A stretch of DNA of 64,000 nucleotides, from contig NC_043022.1 of NCBI RefSeq assembly GCF_006345805.1, positions 5,456,001 to 5,520,000 of the forward strand, given 5' to 3'. Source of the stretch: Octopus sinensis (taxonomy: Eukaryota). The notes beneath the pieces are model-generated. The model ran no database searches. It had not been told where the DNA came from and was given only the letters and a program-made list of their open reading frames with translations. How positions within the stretch are numbered: position 1 is the stretch's first letter; each line of letters starts with the position of its first letter. Positions 1 to 11,377 of the stretch are shown in pieces. The translations under genes and the position numbers were made by a program.

Positions 1-45
1 TCACCATCATCATCATCTCCAACACCATCATCATCATCATTTTAA

Positions 46-267
46 CCCTTTCGTTACCAACCCGGCTGAAACCGGCTCTGGCTCTGTAGTATAAATGTCT
101 TGTTTTCATAAGTTCTGAATAAGAATCTTCCACCAAACCTTAGTCACAATTTATGTTCCTAACACTAGCTGAATGATAACTAAGTTATTTTACTAAATTC
201 TTTGTTATATTTAAAATTAATTGAAAGAAACACAGAACATCTCAAAATAAATACAGTAACGAAAGGG
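46..267. mobile_element. piggyBac-like MITE (family 1)
   Basis: Perfect 12-bp TIRs CCCTTTCGTTAC (46-57) / GTAACGAAAGGG (256-267) flanked by TTAA (42-45, 268-271); no ORF. Confidence 0.85.
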
Positions 268-639
268 TTAATGTCCTGCTTTTCGTACTTGTATTGGTTG
301 GATGGTGTTTATCGAGGCATATTTTTCTACAGCTGGATGCTCTTCCTGTCACTAATCCTCACCTGCTTCCAAGAATGGTAAGATTCCTCCATAGCCAGGC
401 ATGGTCTTTATTTTTAGCAGAATATTGGAAATGAACGACTCTGCCTGTGTGTGATGGGGGACACTCATTTTACAGCTAATATGCAGTGTCAGGACAGGGA
501 GACACACGCGCACACACACACACACATTCATGTATACATGCAAAACACATTCATGTAAGCACACACACACACATTCATATATACACACACACACATCTAT
601 ACAGAGAGAGAGAGAGAGAGAAAGAGACAGAGAAATCCA

Positions 640-726
640 CTTGGGCAAGTGTCTTCTACTATAGCCTCAGGCCAACCAAAGCCTTGTGAGTCGATTTAGG
701 AGATGGAAACTGAAAGAAGCCTGCTG

Positions 727-772
<46 letters not shown>

Positions 773-1065
773 TATATGGAGTGGTTGGCATTTAGAAGGG
801 CATCCAGCTGTAAAAACCATGCCAAACCAGACACAGAAGTCTGGTGCAGGGTCCTAACTCCTGTCAAACTGTCCAACCCATACTAGCATGGAAGGAGGAC
901 TTTAAACGATTATGATGATGAGGAGGAGGAGGAGGAGGACGTATTTGCATGTGTGTTTGACAACCAATGTTGGTGTGTTTACGTCCCTGTAATGTAGCAG
1001 TTAAAACTCTTCATGGTGGTGCCCTAGCATGGCTGCAGCCTAATGACTGAAACAAATAAAAGATA
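640..1065 (+). mobile_element. Nested SINEs: family A fragment interrupted by (TA)n and a family D element (~780-920)
   Basis: Matches the internal and 3' parts of the full family A copy at 2317-2728; the insert has the GGCATCCAGCTGTA...CCAACCCAT..GCATGG..(GAT)n signature of family D. Confidence 0.75.
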
Positions 1066-1480
1066 GAAAAATGTCTGTGGAATACTCGGCCACTGAGGTG
1101 TTGATTCAAGAAGCAGATGGTTGCATTAATCGAACAACTAAATGTTTGTCCTTGCCACCAGTGAAGGATTCATTTAAAGCATGTGTTTTTGTAATTCTGG
1201 AGAGGAAACCAAAGTTCCATTTGGGAAGAAGATTTTACAATGCTGAAGGATTCAAAAGAGGACTGGAAGCAACAGCAACAACAACAACAACAACAACAAC
1301 AGCAGCAGCAGCAGCGGCAGCAGCAGAGCAGTAATCTCTTAGAAATGAGTTCAAATAGATTACATTTTGCAAATAATGATTCATAATTGGAATAATAATT
1401 AGGAAAATAATGAAACAAAGTATTGATTATTATAATATATTGGGGAAGAATATTCCTTCGTTATTTTGAGATGCACAGAA

Positions 1481-1698
1481 GGCAGCAAGCTGGCGGAATT
1501 GTTAGCATGCTGGATGCAATGCTCAGTGGTATTTTGTTTGTTGCTATGTCCCGAGTTCAAATTCCGTCGAGGTCGACTTTGCATTTTATCCTTTTGGAGT
1601 TGATAAATTAAGTACCAGTAAGATGCTGGGGTCAATGTAATTGACTAGTCCCTTCCCTCAAAATTTCAGGCCTTGTGCCTAGAGTAGAAAGGATTATT
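1481..1698 (+). mobile_element. tRNA-derived SINE, family B (variant tail)
   Basis: A-box-like TGGCGGAATTGTTAGC, B-box-like GAGTTCAAATTCC, core GGTCGACTTTGC.TTT.ATCCTTT; many copies in the window. Confidence 0.8.
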
Positions 1699-2316
1699 TA
1701 GAGATACATATATTTGTGTGTACGTTTATGTGTGCATGTATGCATGATAGGAAACATTTGCGCAAAGTGCTATGCAGTGGAACTGAACCTGAACACCTGT
1801 GGTTCAGAAGTGACATCTTAACCACACAGCCATCCCTGCACCTAGATGTAAATACTATTTTGAGAATCATCAGTTGTTGACACAAACTTCCATAATATTT
1901 AATCAATTCAATTTTTTTTTTTTTTCACTCACTAATTAGTAGTTAATTAAGCCTGAATAGAACCATTTTTGTCAGATGATTAAATTGGTCTCTGAACATC
2001 AGGGACTAATTTCAAGTGTGTATCTGGAGGGAATAATTTCTTGTAAGGCTGACAGCTTTGGTGAGATGATGTGGAAATCCTAAGCAAATCCATATGTAAG
2101 GAAAATAATTCAGACAGATTCGGATTAGCAGTGTTACTGAAACTGGTTTACCATCACTTACGATGGTGAGGGTTCCAACTGATTCGATCACACACACCAT
2201 AATGCGATATACTGTGTGATACAAATGAACTTAGGAACCTTTACTCGATGAACCTGTCGGAAATAGAAGCCAAAGCTCCCTAAAATCACATCCTAATGTT
2301 TTAGAATGTAGTCATA

Positions 2317-2728
2317 GGCGCAGGAGTGGCTGTGTGGTAAGTAGCTTGCTAAACAGCCACAAGGTTCCGGGTTCAGTCCCACTGCATGGCATCTTGGGCA
2401 AGTGTCTTCTGCTATAGCCCCGGGCCGACCAATGCCTTGTGAGTGGATTTGGTAGACGGAAACTGAAAGAAGCCTGTCGTATATATGTATATATATATAT
2501 GTATGTGTGTGTGTTTGTGTGTCTGTGTTTGTTCCCCTAGCATTGTTTGACAACCGATGCTGGTGTGTTTACGTCCCCGTCACTTAGCGGTTCGGCAAAA
2601 AGAGACTGATAGAATAAGTACTGGGCTTACAAAAAAAGAATAAGTCCCGGGGTCGAGTTGCTCGACTAAAGGCGGTGCTCCAGCATGGCCACAGTCAAAT
2701 GACTGAAACAAGTAAAAGAGTAAAAGAG
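2317..2728 (+). mobile_element. Full-length tRNA-derived SINE, family A
   Basis: Head GGCGCAGGAGTGGCTGTGTGGTAAG...GGTTCAGTCCC, internal TA/TG microsatellite, tail (GTAAAAGA)n; more than 15 related copies on both strands. Confidence 0.9.
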
Positions 2729-3207
2729 TATATGGAAATAAGATGTGGTGTTTGGTCACTACTGGGAGACGTTTGGTCATAAGCCTGCCTGACTAGAATT
2801 GAATCAAGGTTAGATGGCACCGACAACAGAAATATGATTCCATGCATAATGGTGGTAGGTAAGAGATAATGTAATTATATCTCTGCTAACGATAACACTT
2901 TAATTGAATGGAATACGGTAGGCAAAGAATGTCTGTAAAATGAAACATTAAACGTCTGTTGCAGGTGGTGCTAATGAGTTATCTTTTACCTGTTTCAAGC
3001 ATTAGACTGCGGCCATGCTGGGGCACCACCCCAAAGAATTTCTAGTTGATAGAATTAACACCAGTACTGTATTTTTTTTTAAAGCTTGGTATTTATTTTA
3101 TTGTTTTCTTTTGCTGAACTGCTAAGTTACGAGGACGTAAACACACAAACACTGGTTATCAAGTGGCAGTGGGGGGCGGGGAAGGACAATCAAAAACTCA
3201 AAGGCGC

Positions 3208-3238
<31 letters not shown>

Positions 3239-3240
3239 TA

Positions 3241-3376
3241 TATATTCAAAATGGGGGAATGTCGGTTTATGGGATTACCTTAGGTTTCCTGTCCATAAAG
3301 GGATTAGCTTTGTGATGGTGTATCATCAGATCCTAAGGTAATCCCATAAACCAGCCTCCCCCATTTTTAATATATA
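3241..3376. mobile_element. Short TA-flanked foldback element carrying a hammerhead motif
   Basis: ~45-bp inverted arms (3241-3284 vs ~3332-3376) with GGTTTATGGGATTACCTTAGG / CCTAAGGTAATCCCATAAACC perfectly complementary; TA repeats on both sides. Confidence 0.75.
3272..3333 (-). ncRNA. Candidate type I hammerhead ribozyme (stem II base disrupted)
   Basis: Minus strand: GGAT-CTGATGA-[34 nt, CCAT/ATGG and AAAG/CTTT pairs]-GAAA-CCTAAGGTA-ATCC. Helix I GGAT/ATCC, helix III ACCT-A-AGGT, cleavage triplet GUA. Folded by eye. Confidence 0.6.
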
Positions 3377-3468
3377 TTGATCTACATCTTAGAGTGTGCT
3401 TCTTCTTTCGGATATATGTTTTCTAAACACTACAATACACACACACACATATATATATTTATATATAC

Positions 3469-3750
3469 ATTACTAAAAGTTTCAACTACATGTACTTATC
3501 ACGCCACTAATAGTTTCCTGTACGTGCGTACATTCATCAGGTGCCAATCGCTGGTTAATTAGACATCATCAAACATGCCAGAAAAACATTGTTATTTATT
3601 AAGGGTGAAATTTGGATTTTTAAAAAAACTGACGATGAGGAATTATTTGATGTCACAAAAAAAAAAGGCAACTGGTGCCTGATGAACGTATGCATGTAGG
3701 GGAAACTATTAGTAGCGTGATAAGTACATGTAGTTGAAATGTTTAGTAAT
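3469..3750. mobile_element. Foldback element with 78-bp inverted arms, each carrying a hammerhead-like motif
   Basis: Arms 3469-3546 and 3673-3750 are reverse complements, differing mostly by CpG decay. Plus-strand motif 3675-3718: GTGC-CTGATGA-[16 nt]-GAAA-CTATTAGTA-GCGT; mirror motif on the minus strand at 3501-3544 with stem II TGTAC-GCAC-GTACA. Confidence 0.7.
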
Positions 3751-4302
3751 ATTGAACTTTCGTTGGATGGATTACTCTTCGTATTGACTTTTATGCAGTT
3801 AATTTATACAACAGATTCCTTTTCAGTTTCTGTCTATCAAATCCACTGGCAATGCTTTAGTCGGCCCAACGCTATAGTAAAAGACACTTGCCCAAGGTGC
3901 CATGCAGTGGGACTGAACCCGGAACCATGAGGTTGGTAAGCAAGCTTCTTACCATGCAACCACCCCTGCACTTATATCATAAAGTTTGGTAATGTTTTCT
4001 GTTTCTACGTGTGGGTTGCAAGAAAGATGCGAAAGGGCCGTCACAGGTGATGACAGAATTGGGAGAAATGTCCAATGCATGCAAGCTTGGAAAACCGGAC
4101 ATAAAAAATGATAATGATGATGGTGGTGGTTGTAGTGGTGGTGAGGATGGTGATTGCCAATCAATTTGTCCATCAACCTTTCAGGTGCCAATTTGTAATT
4201 TATAGAATCACCTGATGACAGGTGAACTACTTCACAACAGTTACCTCATACTACAACTCTCAGTCTGCACATAGACTAAAGGGGGATATTTAACAGTAAT
4301 AT

Positions 4303-4535
4303 ATATTTCTTTACTGCCCACAAGAGGCTAAACACAGAGGGGACAAACAAGGACAGACAAAGTGATTAAGTCGATTACATCGACCCCAGTGCATAACTGG
4401 TACCTAATTTATCGACCGCGAAAAGATGAAAGGCAAAGTCGACCTCGGCGGAATTTGAACCCAGAACGTAACGACAGACGAAATACGGCTACGCATCTCG
4501 CCCGGCGTGCTAACGATTCTGCCACTTCGCCGCCA
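4303..4535 (-). mobile_element. Family B SINE, full length
   Basis: Reverse complement of the family B consensus seen at 24880-25620 and 58372-58791. Confidence 0.85.
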
Positions 4536-4622
4536 TTTTACAGTAATATAAACAATCCCAGCAAGTGAGTGGCCCCATGGCATTATTATGATTAATATTA
4601 TGACTATTATTATTATTATTAT

Positions 4623-4880
4623 TGAGTGAGAGCAGTGCATGCCATCCAAGTGACACTGAGGTAAAATATACGAAGCCCAGTATACCCATCATGACTACCC
4701 GTCTGATAAGGGTACACCAGGCACATACATCACAGCCATATGTGCATGACATGGTGGGCTCATGTCAAGGTAACAGCGCATGACCTTGCAGGTGGGGGCC
4801 CAGTCAGGATGTTCTTCAGGTTGAGTAGCCCATCCTGCTCAAAAGGTCCCTGAGAAAGGGTTGCTTAAGGATGCTTGGCT
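4623..4880 (-). mobile_element. Unclassified interspersed repeat ending in an (AAT)n tail
   Basis: GC-richer ~255-bp segment abutting (ATT)n at 4605-4623; recalled as a recurrent octopus repeat, only one copy here. Confidence 0.45.
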
Positions 4881-5107
4881 CCTTTCATTAGGGATACAGA
4901 TTTCTTTAAACAATGTATTTTCCTGAGAATAAGTAACAAGAATTAATGGGGTGGGGTGGGTGGGGGCATGTTAGATGGAATTACATTTTGAAAACGTGCA
5001 CCAACAGCAAAAGGAAATCTTATGGGAAAGAGAGAGAAATAAACTGAAGTCTCCAAAGTCGAGACAGACAGACAGACAGAAATAAAGAGAGAGATTCTGT
5101 TACTTAC

Positions 5108-5190
5108 CCATCTTTCTGACTGGAATGGTAACGAAGGCTATCACTTAGTACTCCAGTTTGTGGATAGTTAACGAAATATTTCCTGGACAT
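5108..5190 (-). CDS. Candidate first coding exon MSRKYFVNYPQTGVLSDSLRYHSSQKD(G), ends in phase 2
   Basis: ATG at 5190-5188 in GCCAAAATG context; in-frame TGA 7 codons upstream; open to a perfect donor G|GTAAGT (5107-5102); unique sequence. No homology recognised. Confidence 0.55.
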
Positions 5191-5983
5191 TTTGGCGGAA
5201 CCTGTTAGTCAGTTAGTGGTTGGTCACATTGTTGTTATAGTTATTATTGCTGTTGTTGTTGTTGTTGTATGATGATGTAGTTCTTGATGTGGTTTATGGC
5301 ATCATTGACATTTGGAAGAGGCGGAGGAGGAGGACGAGGACGAGGACGGGGGGAAGCAGTTTAAACTGTACCAAACACAGAATCCACCTTACATTTGGTT
5401 TGCATTTGTTTGTATGGCGGCAGATATTTTTAGAGTCGAGGATACGAGAGGGTAAAAAACACGACAGTCATTTTCGGAAGGAAAAGAGAGAAAGAGACTA
5501 ACATACACTAAATATGTTTTCACACACTAGAGAATTATATAAAAATATATAAAAAAAAAAAAAAATATAAAAAAAAACTTTTTTTTCCATCACCGAAACC
5601 TAAGGGAGTTTAAAAAAAAACACACAACACTCACTCACACACACTTGCTAAAAATAAATAACAAGTAGCTTTCAGTTATCTTAATTTCATTGAGTAATAA
5701 TAATAACAATAATAATAATAATGAAAACAAGAACAACAACAACAACAACAGCAAACAAGAGCAAGAGTCAGAAAGCAGAATGTCTAACTGTTTAAAACTT
5801 GTGTCCACAAAAGTAATCTGACTCTTTGCTAGTTTTCTGTGTGAAGTCTTGCCAGGAATGTTCAGTTGAAGAACATTGAGCTGAGAGATTTGGAAATGCC
5901 ACCACTTGGCCTTCTTCTCTGCTTCTTTAACAGAAGAGATTTTTTTCCTAAATAACAATAACCCTTTCATAAGCTACATTTGT

Positions 5984-6025
<42 letters not shown>

Positions 6026-6159
6026 CTTCTGTTACAGACAAGTGTTTACAGAAACATACATGTATATATGCGAGTGTTTACAGATATATTAGTGTCTATA
6101 CACACAGATCTATCTATCTGTCTGTCTATATATATATAGAGAGAGGGGGGGGAGAGATA

Positions 6160-6206
6160 GGTAGATGGATAGATAGACAGACAGATAAATAGGTAGATAG
6201 ATAGGT

Positions 6207-6251
<45 letters not shown>

Positions 6252-6387
6252 TTGGTAGATAGATAGATAGATAGATAGATAGATTGGTAGATAGATAGAT
6301 AGACAGATAGATAGATTGGTAGATAGACAGATAGACAGATAGATAGATAGATTGGTAGATAGATAGATAGATAGATAGATATATTGG

Positions 6388-6424
<37 letters not shown>

Positions 6425-6465
6425 TGGTAGATAGATAGATAGATAGATAGATATATTGGTAGATG

Positions 6466-6501
<36 letters not shown>

Positions 6502-6507
6502 TATTGG

Positions 6508-6540
<33 letters not shown>

Positions 6541-6575
6541 TGGTAGATAGATAGATAGATAGATAGATATATTGG

Positions 6576-6613
<38 letters not shown>

Positions 6614-6618
6614 TATGG

Positions 6619-6655
<37 letters not shown>

Positions 6656-6725
6656 TGGTAGATAGATAGATAGATAGATAGATTGGTAGATAGATAGATA
6701 GATAGATTGGTAGACCGATAGATAG
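6160..6725. repeat. (GATA)n tract with recurrent GATTGGTA interruptions
   Basis: Directly visible, ~560 bp. Confidence 0.95.
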
Positions 6726-7064
6726 ATATAACTGTTTATAAAGTTTCTATGTATATTTAAATGCGTATAGAAGGCAGTGCTCCAGTATGGTCGCAGTTTA
6801 ATGCCTGAAACTGGGAATGGAATAAACGAAAGTGTGTGTATATGAATGAAGATGTGAATGCATATAAATGCATATGTGAGTGTGTATGCACGTGCATGAG
6901 TGCAGTGTGCATGCGTATGAAAATGTGCATGTGTGATAGAAGAGTTGTATTATGATGCTGTGGTGGGATTAATTTCAGTCCCAGAACTGGAGAGAGGTTA
7001 ATTTTGCTTCTTGACATTCATACATGAGATAGGATAACAAAAAAAATAAAATGCAGTAAGGGTT

Positions 7065-7295
7065 ATATATATATGTGTGTGTGTGTATGTATATGTGTGT
7101 GTGTTGTGTATGTGTGTGTGTATGTATATGTGTGTGTGTGTGTTGTGTATGTGTGTGTATATGTGTGTGTGTTGTGTAAGTATGTATGTATATATTTATA
7201 TATGTGTGTGTATGCATATGTATGTATTATGTATGTGTGTATGTATGTATGTATATATGTATGTATGTATATATGTATGTATATATGTATGTATG

Positions 7296-7328
<33 letters not shown>

Positions 7329-7574
7329 GTGTATGTATGTGTGTATGTGTGTATGTATGTATGTGTGTATGTATGTGTGTGTGTATGTATGTATGTATGT
7401 ATGTATGTATGTATGTATGTATGTATGTATGATGTATGTATGTATGTATGTATGTATGTATGTATGTGTGTATGTGTGTACCTATGTATATATGTATGTA
7501 TGTATGTATGTATGTGTGTGTGTACGTATGTTTGTATGTATGTATGTATGTATGTATGTATGTGTGTACCTATG

Positions 7575-7607
<33 letters not shown>

Positions 7608-7700
7608 GTGTGTGTGTATGTATGTATGTTTGTATGTTTGTATGTATGTATGTATGTGTGTACCTATGTATATATGTATGTATGTATGTATGAGTGTGTG
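7065..7700. repeat. (TATG)n/(TG)n compound microsatellite with a higher-order ~80-bp unit at 7470-7690
   Basis: Directly visible; GTGTACCTATGTATATATG recurs 3 times. Source of the spurious MYVC ORFs. Confidence 0.95.
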
Positions 7701-8218
7701 TCAGTTGAAATTTGAATGCTTGTTGGTACATCTACATGTGGCGAAACACACCCACATGAATGCTGCATGGAAATCAACCTCTCAATTAGCGACTCCTACC
7801 ACTACTAAGCTGTGTCTGTCTGACACACACATACACACTCATACAAACACTCACACATACCTACACACCCAGGGCCCGGGTCTTTATGCAAAGACAATAA
7901 TATTTAGTGTCTGTCAATTCTTCCTGCTGTTTATTTATTCCGTACAACTCTGCTACAAACTAAGACAACAACAGCCCCTTTATGTTGATGATGGCTACAG
8001 GCATAACAACAAACTCTCCCCCACCCTTACGTCGGGATTGTGTGTAGGTGGGTGGGTGGTGGGGGTGAAAAATACACCCTTTCCCCACCCCCGCACTAAA
8101 CCAATGAACAGTTTGAAAAGAAAGAATGGCTCAACATTAGACTGGTTAACACATTGCAGTTTGGTTTTTAACTACGCATGGAACCGCAGCATTTATCTCT
8201 GTTTTTACATATATATAA

Positions 8219-8448
8219 CTTTATTTCTTTACTACCCACAAGGGGCTAAACACAGAGAGGACAAACAAGGACAGACAAACGAGTTAAGTCGATAATTCGA
8301 CTCCAGTGCGTAACTGGTACTTATTTAATCGACCCCGAAAGGACGAAAGGCAAAGTCGACCTCGGCGGAATTTGAACTCAGAACGTAGCGGCAGACGAAA
8401 TACCGCTCAGCATTTCGCCCAGCGTGCTACCGATTCTGCCAGCTCGCC
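8219..8448 (-). mobile_element. Family B SINE
   Basis: Same consensus as 4303-4535. Confidence 0.85.
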
Positions 8449-8924
8449 CACACACAGACACACACATACGCACACAGAGCAATAAATAGTTAAATATTCT
8501 AAAACTTATCTGCTGAGGTTAAATCCTTTTAAACAGTTGATTCCCAACTGGACCTTGGTCATTAAAATCCAAAATATTACTTTGTTTTCTTTTTTATTTA
8601 ACTGATTTCAATAAAATTCTTTTCCACAATATTTGATTCCAAATATTAAAAAAAAATTTTTTTTTTTTAAATGTTGTCCTCCAAACTGCAACACACCCTC
8701 ACTGGGTTTGCATCTATTTATCCATCTTTCCCCTCCATAAGTTTAAAATTTATGTCAATAAATACAAATTGAAACAAGATCAGATTTCTGTCGTGTAATT
8801 TTCTGAGGCGTTTTTTAAAAAAATTATTATTTTAGTTTTTCTTCATCCACACACACACATGCACACACACCAATATAAACACACTCACGCACATATACAC
8901 ACACACATAGATGTAAACTATTAG

Positions 8925-9075
8925 TTCATCCGTCGTTGTCGACGGTGACCAAGGGCATCGGATGGGAGAAGAAGGGAGGGCAATGTATGTCCAGCTGTGG
9001 ACAATCAGTCTGATGCGTGCTTGGAAGGCACTGTCGCAGTTAGGGCACCGGTGATCTGCCGGAGGACACACGGAC
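8925..9075 (-). mobile_element. 3' end of an RTE/BovB-like LINE (C-terminal zinc-finger remnant)
   Basis: Minus-strand HRCPNCDSAFQARIRLIVHSWTY resembles the CPxCxRxFRARIGLISHLRTH end of RTE ORFs; followed by ...CGTCGACAACGACGGATGAAC, like RTE 3' ends. Confidence 0.65.
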
Positions 9076-10128
9076 ACACAGAGACACACGCTGTTGGAAT
9101 CAAAAGAACTCTTGTTATTGTTGTGATTGTTGCAGACATAAAAATAGCCAGTGTGAGTCGATCATGGAAATGAAGTGGTAGGCAGTGATGGTCATGATAG
9201 TAATGAATATGATATCAGAAATAATAAACTGGATGCAAAATATTTTTAAAAAAAACAAAAATTGTGAAGTAGAAGAGAAATTTTGTCTGTTCTGACTTGT
9301 GAAGATATTTGAACAGGTTTTGACAACACCAGAGAGACACTTTGCATAATGTGTGTGTGTGTAAGTATAAGTTTGAAGTTGGTGTGTCATTAGTGAAAGA
9401 GTACATTTTCATCCTTACCGATCATTGGTTAATAAGAGAGTATCATATATCCGACACAAACATGAACCATATATAAGTGTGTGTGTGTGCATACATGTGT
9501 CTGTATGAATAGACACACACACACACATACACACACTTACATGTAAACATATATCTATATATATATGTATGTATGTATGTATATATGTGAGTATCTATGT
9601 GGATATATATATGTGTGTGTATGTGTGTCTGTATATATATATATATGTATGTATGTATATATGTGAGTATCTATGTGGATATATATGTGTGTGTATGTGT
9701 GTCTGTATATATATGTATGTATGTATGTATGTATATATGAGAGTATCTATGTGGATATATATATGTGTGTGTATGTGTGTCTGTATATATGTATGTACGT
9801 ATGTATATAGATATGTATATATGTATATGTATGTATGTACGTATATATGTATACATGTATATATCTGCATTTCTGTCTATATCTAAATACACATACACAA
9901 AGTGAGAAATGCGTACTGACATGCATATGTGCTCACACACACACATACGTGTGCACACACACATACGTGTGCACACACACACGTGCTCACACACACACAG
10001 ACACACACTCACCAGCACGTACGCTTCCACAGATATAGTTTACCAAGATTGCCAGAGATTAGTTCAGTTGTTCTTCGTTAAAACTGGCTATTTACCGTTT
10101 ATTTGTTGATGTTTTTGTTGTTATTAAA

Positions 10129-10325
10129 CCAATGCCGGATAACCCCCCTTCAACCGACCAACTCCGCCCACCCACCTTCTCTCTCCGATTTCTTTGTGCA
10201 GACTTTAATAGCAACAACAACAACAATAAAAAAGACGGCAGCGTTTATTATTGTCAAGTTCACAAGTCAAACGTACCACTTGGGTTTCTTTTGGCGGCGC
10301 AGTAAAATGACGGAAATGACAAAAA
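10129..10325. promoter_or_regulatory. Candidate promoter / non-coding first exon
   Basis: Unique, CpG-retaining segment with CCAAT (10129-10133), GC box CCGCCC (10164-10169), GGCGGCGCAGTAAAATGACGGAAATGAC (ETS/YY1-like) and a minus-strand donor-like G|GTACGT (10276-10271). Confidence 0.35.
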
Positions 10326-10582
10326 GTCAGCTATTTCTGAACAGGTTATTATTTAGAGAAGTTTCTTTTTTTTTTTATCGTTTTTTTTCTTTTTTTAGAG
10401 AGTGTGAAGCAAGAATAATGATTGCTGTGGAAAATGTCAGAAGGTTTGAACAGTTTTGAAGGTGGTAAGGTTAGAGAGTTAGTCACCTAACTCTGTAACA
10501 GAGAAAGAAGTCTGTGAAACATCACTCGAGAGCAGAACGATGGTTATATACAGTAACTATACACACAGGCTATATAAATGGT

Positions 10583-10870
10583 GCAGGGGCATGGCTTAGT
10601 GGTTAGGGGGTGTTGGACTCATGACTGTAAGATTCTAGTTTTGATTCATGGACTGGGCAATGCGTTGTGCTCGGAGCAATACGCGTCATTTCCCATTGCT
10701 CCACTCCACTCGGCTGTAGAAATGAGTACTGCCAGTGGAGGTGTGTGTCTTAGTGGTTAGGGGTGTTGGGTTCACAACTATAAGGCTGTGGTTTTGATTC
10801 CTGGACCAGGCAATGCGTTGTGTTCTTGTACACATTGCTCCAGTCCACGCAGCTGGCAAAAATGAGTTTA
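10583..10870 (+). mobile_element. Two tandem family C SINE heads
   Basis: GCATGGCTTAGTGGTTAGGGGTGTTGG...GATTC head repeated at ~10590 and ~10748, each followed by TTGCTCCA.TCCAC.C.GCTG. Confidence 0.75.
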
Positions 10871-11156
10871 GCCCAGAAAGGGATGGGCACCGCTAGGTTT
10901 TCTCACCCGAGATATGCTGCATGGATGAAGTAACCCAACTAGCCCCTAGGGGTTAAGGGACTTGTCAATTGTCAATATAAACCAGTTATATATGCCCACT
11001 GTATAAACTATATACACTTCACTGGGGACATACACTAGATACATAAAATATCTTTTGTCGTTTGCTTCTATCATTCATTGGACTGTGGCCATGCTGAGGC
11101 ACCATCACAAAGGGTTTAGTCTAACAAATGAACTCCAGTACTTGTTTTCTTTTTAA

Positions 11157-11377
11157 CTCCTTAGTATTTAAACCAGCCACATCCGGTCAAAATAGCCAAC
11201 ATATTTTATGTTCAGACTAGCCAGATTTGGCCTTTTACACCTACCATACAATGTCATTCTAAAAATGCAACAATCACATCATTGAAATCACAAAGTTACA
11301 ACATAACGCAGGGTTAATAGAAAACAAGGTGAATACATAAATATTATATTTTAGAGAGGAACCTGAATGCTAAAGGG
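11157..11377 (+). mobile_element. piggyBac-like MITE (family 2)
   Basis: TTAA-flanked, ends ...GAATGCTAAAGGG; internal sequence shared with 41747-41969, 41975-42339, 49519-49724 and 51490-51738. Confidence 0.7.

Larger units (their letters stand above)
2983..3975 (-). mobile_element. Family A SINE split by two foldback insertions in its central microsatellite
   Basis: 3' half at ~2983-3200 and 5' half at ~3810-3975; the 3241-3376 and 3469-3750 elements lie between them. Confidence 0.7.

Noticed and set aside
5635-5970. 111-aa minus-strand ORF near the candidate first exon
   Set aside because: Runs through a poly-Leu microsatellite, no domain, no supporting splice sites.
7073-8295. Long MYVC/HTHT ORFs here and at 18418-19146 and 49809-50360
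   Set aside because: Translations of TG/TATG microsatellites that happen to lack stop codons.
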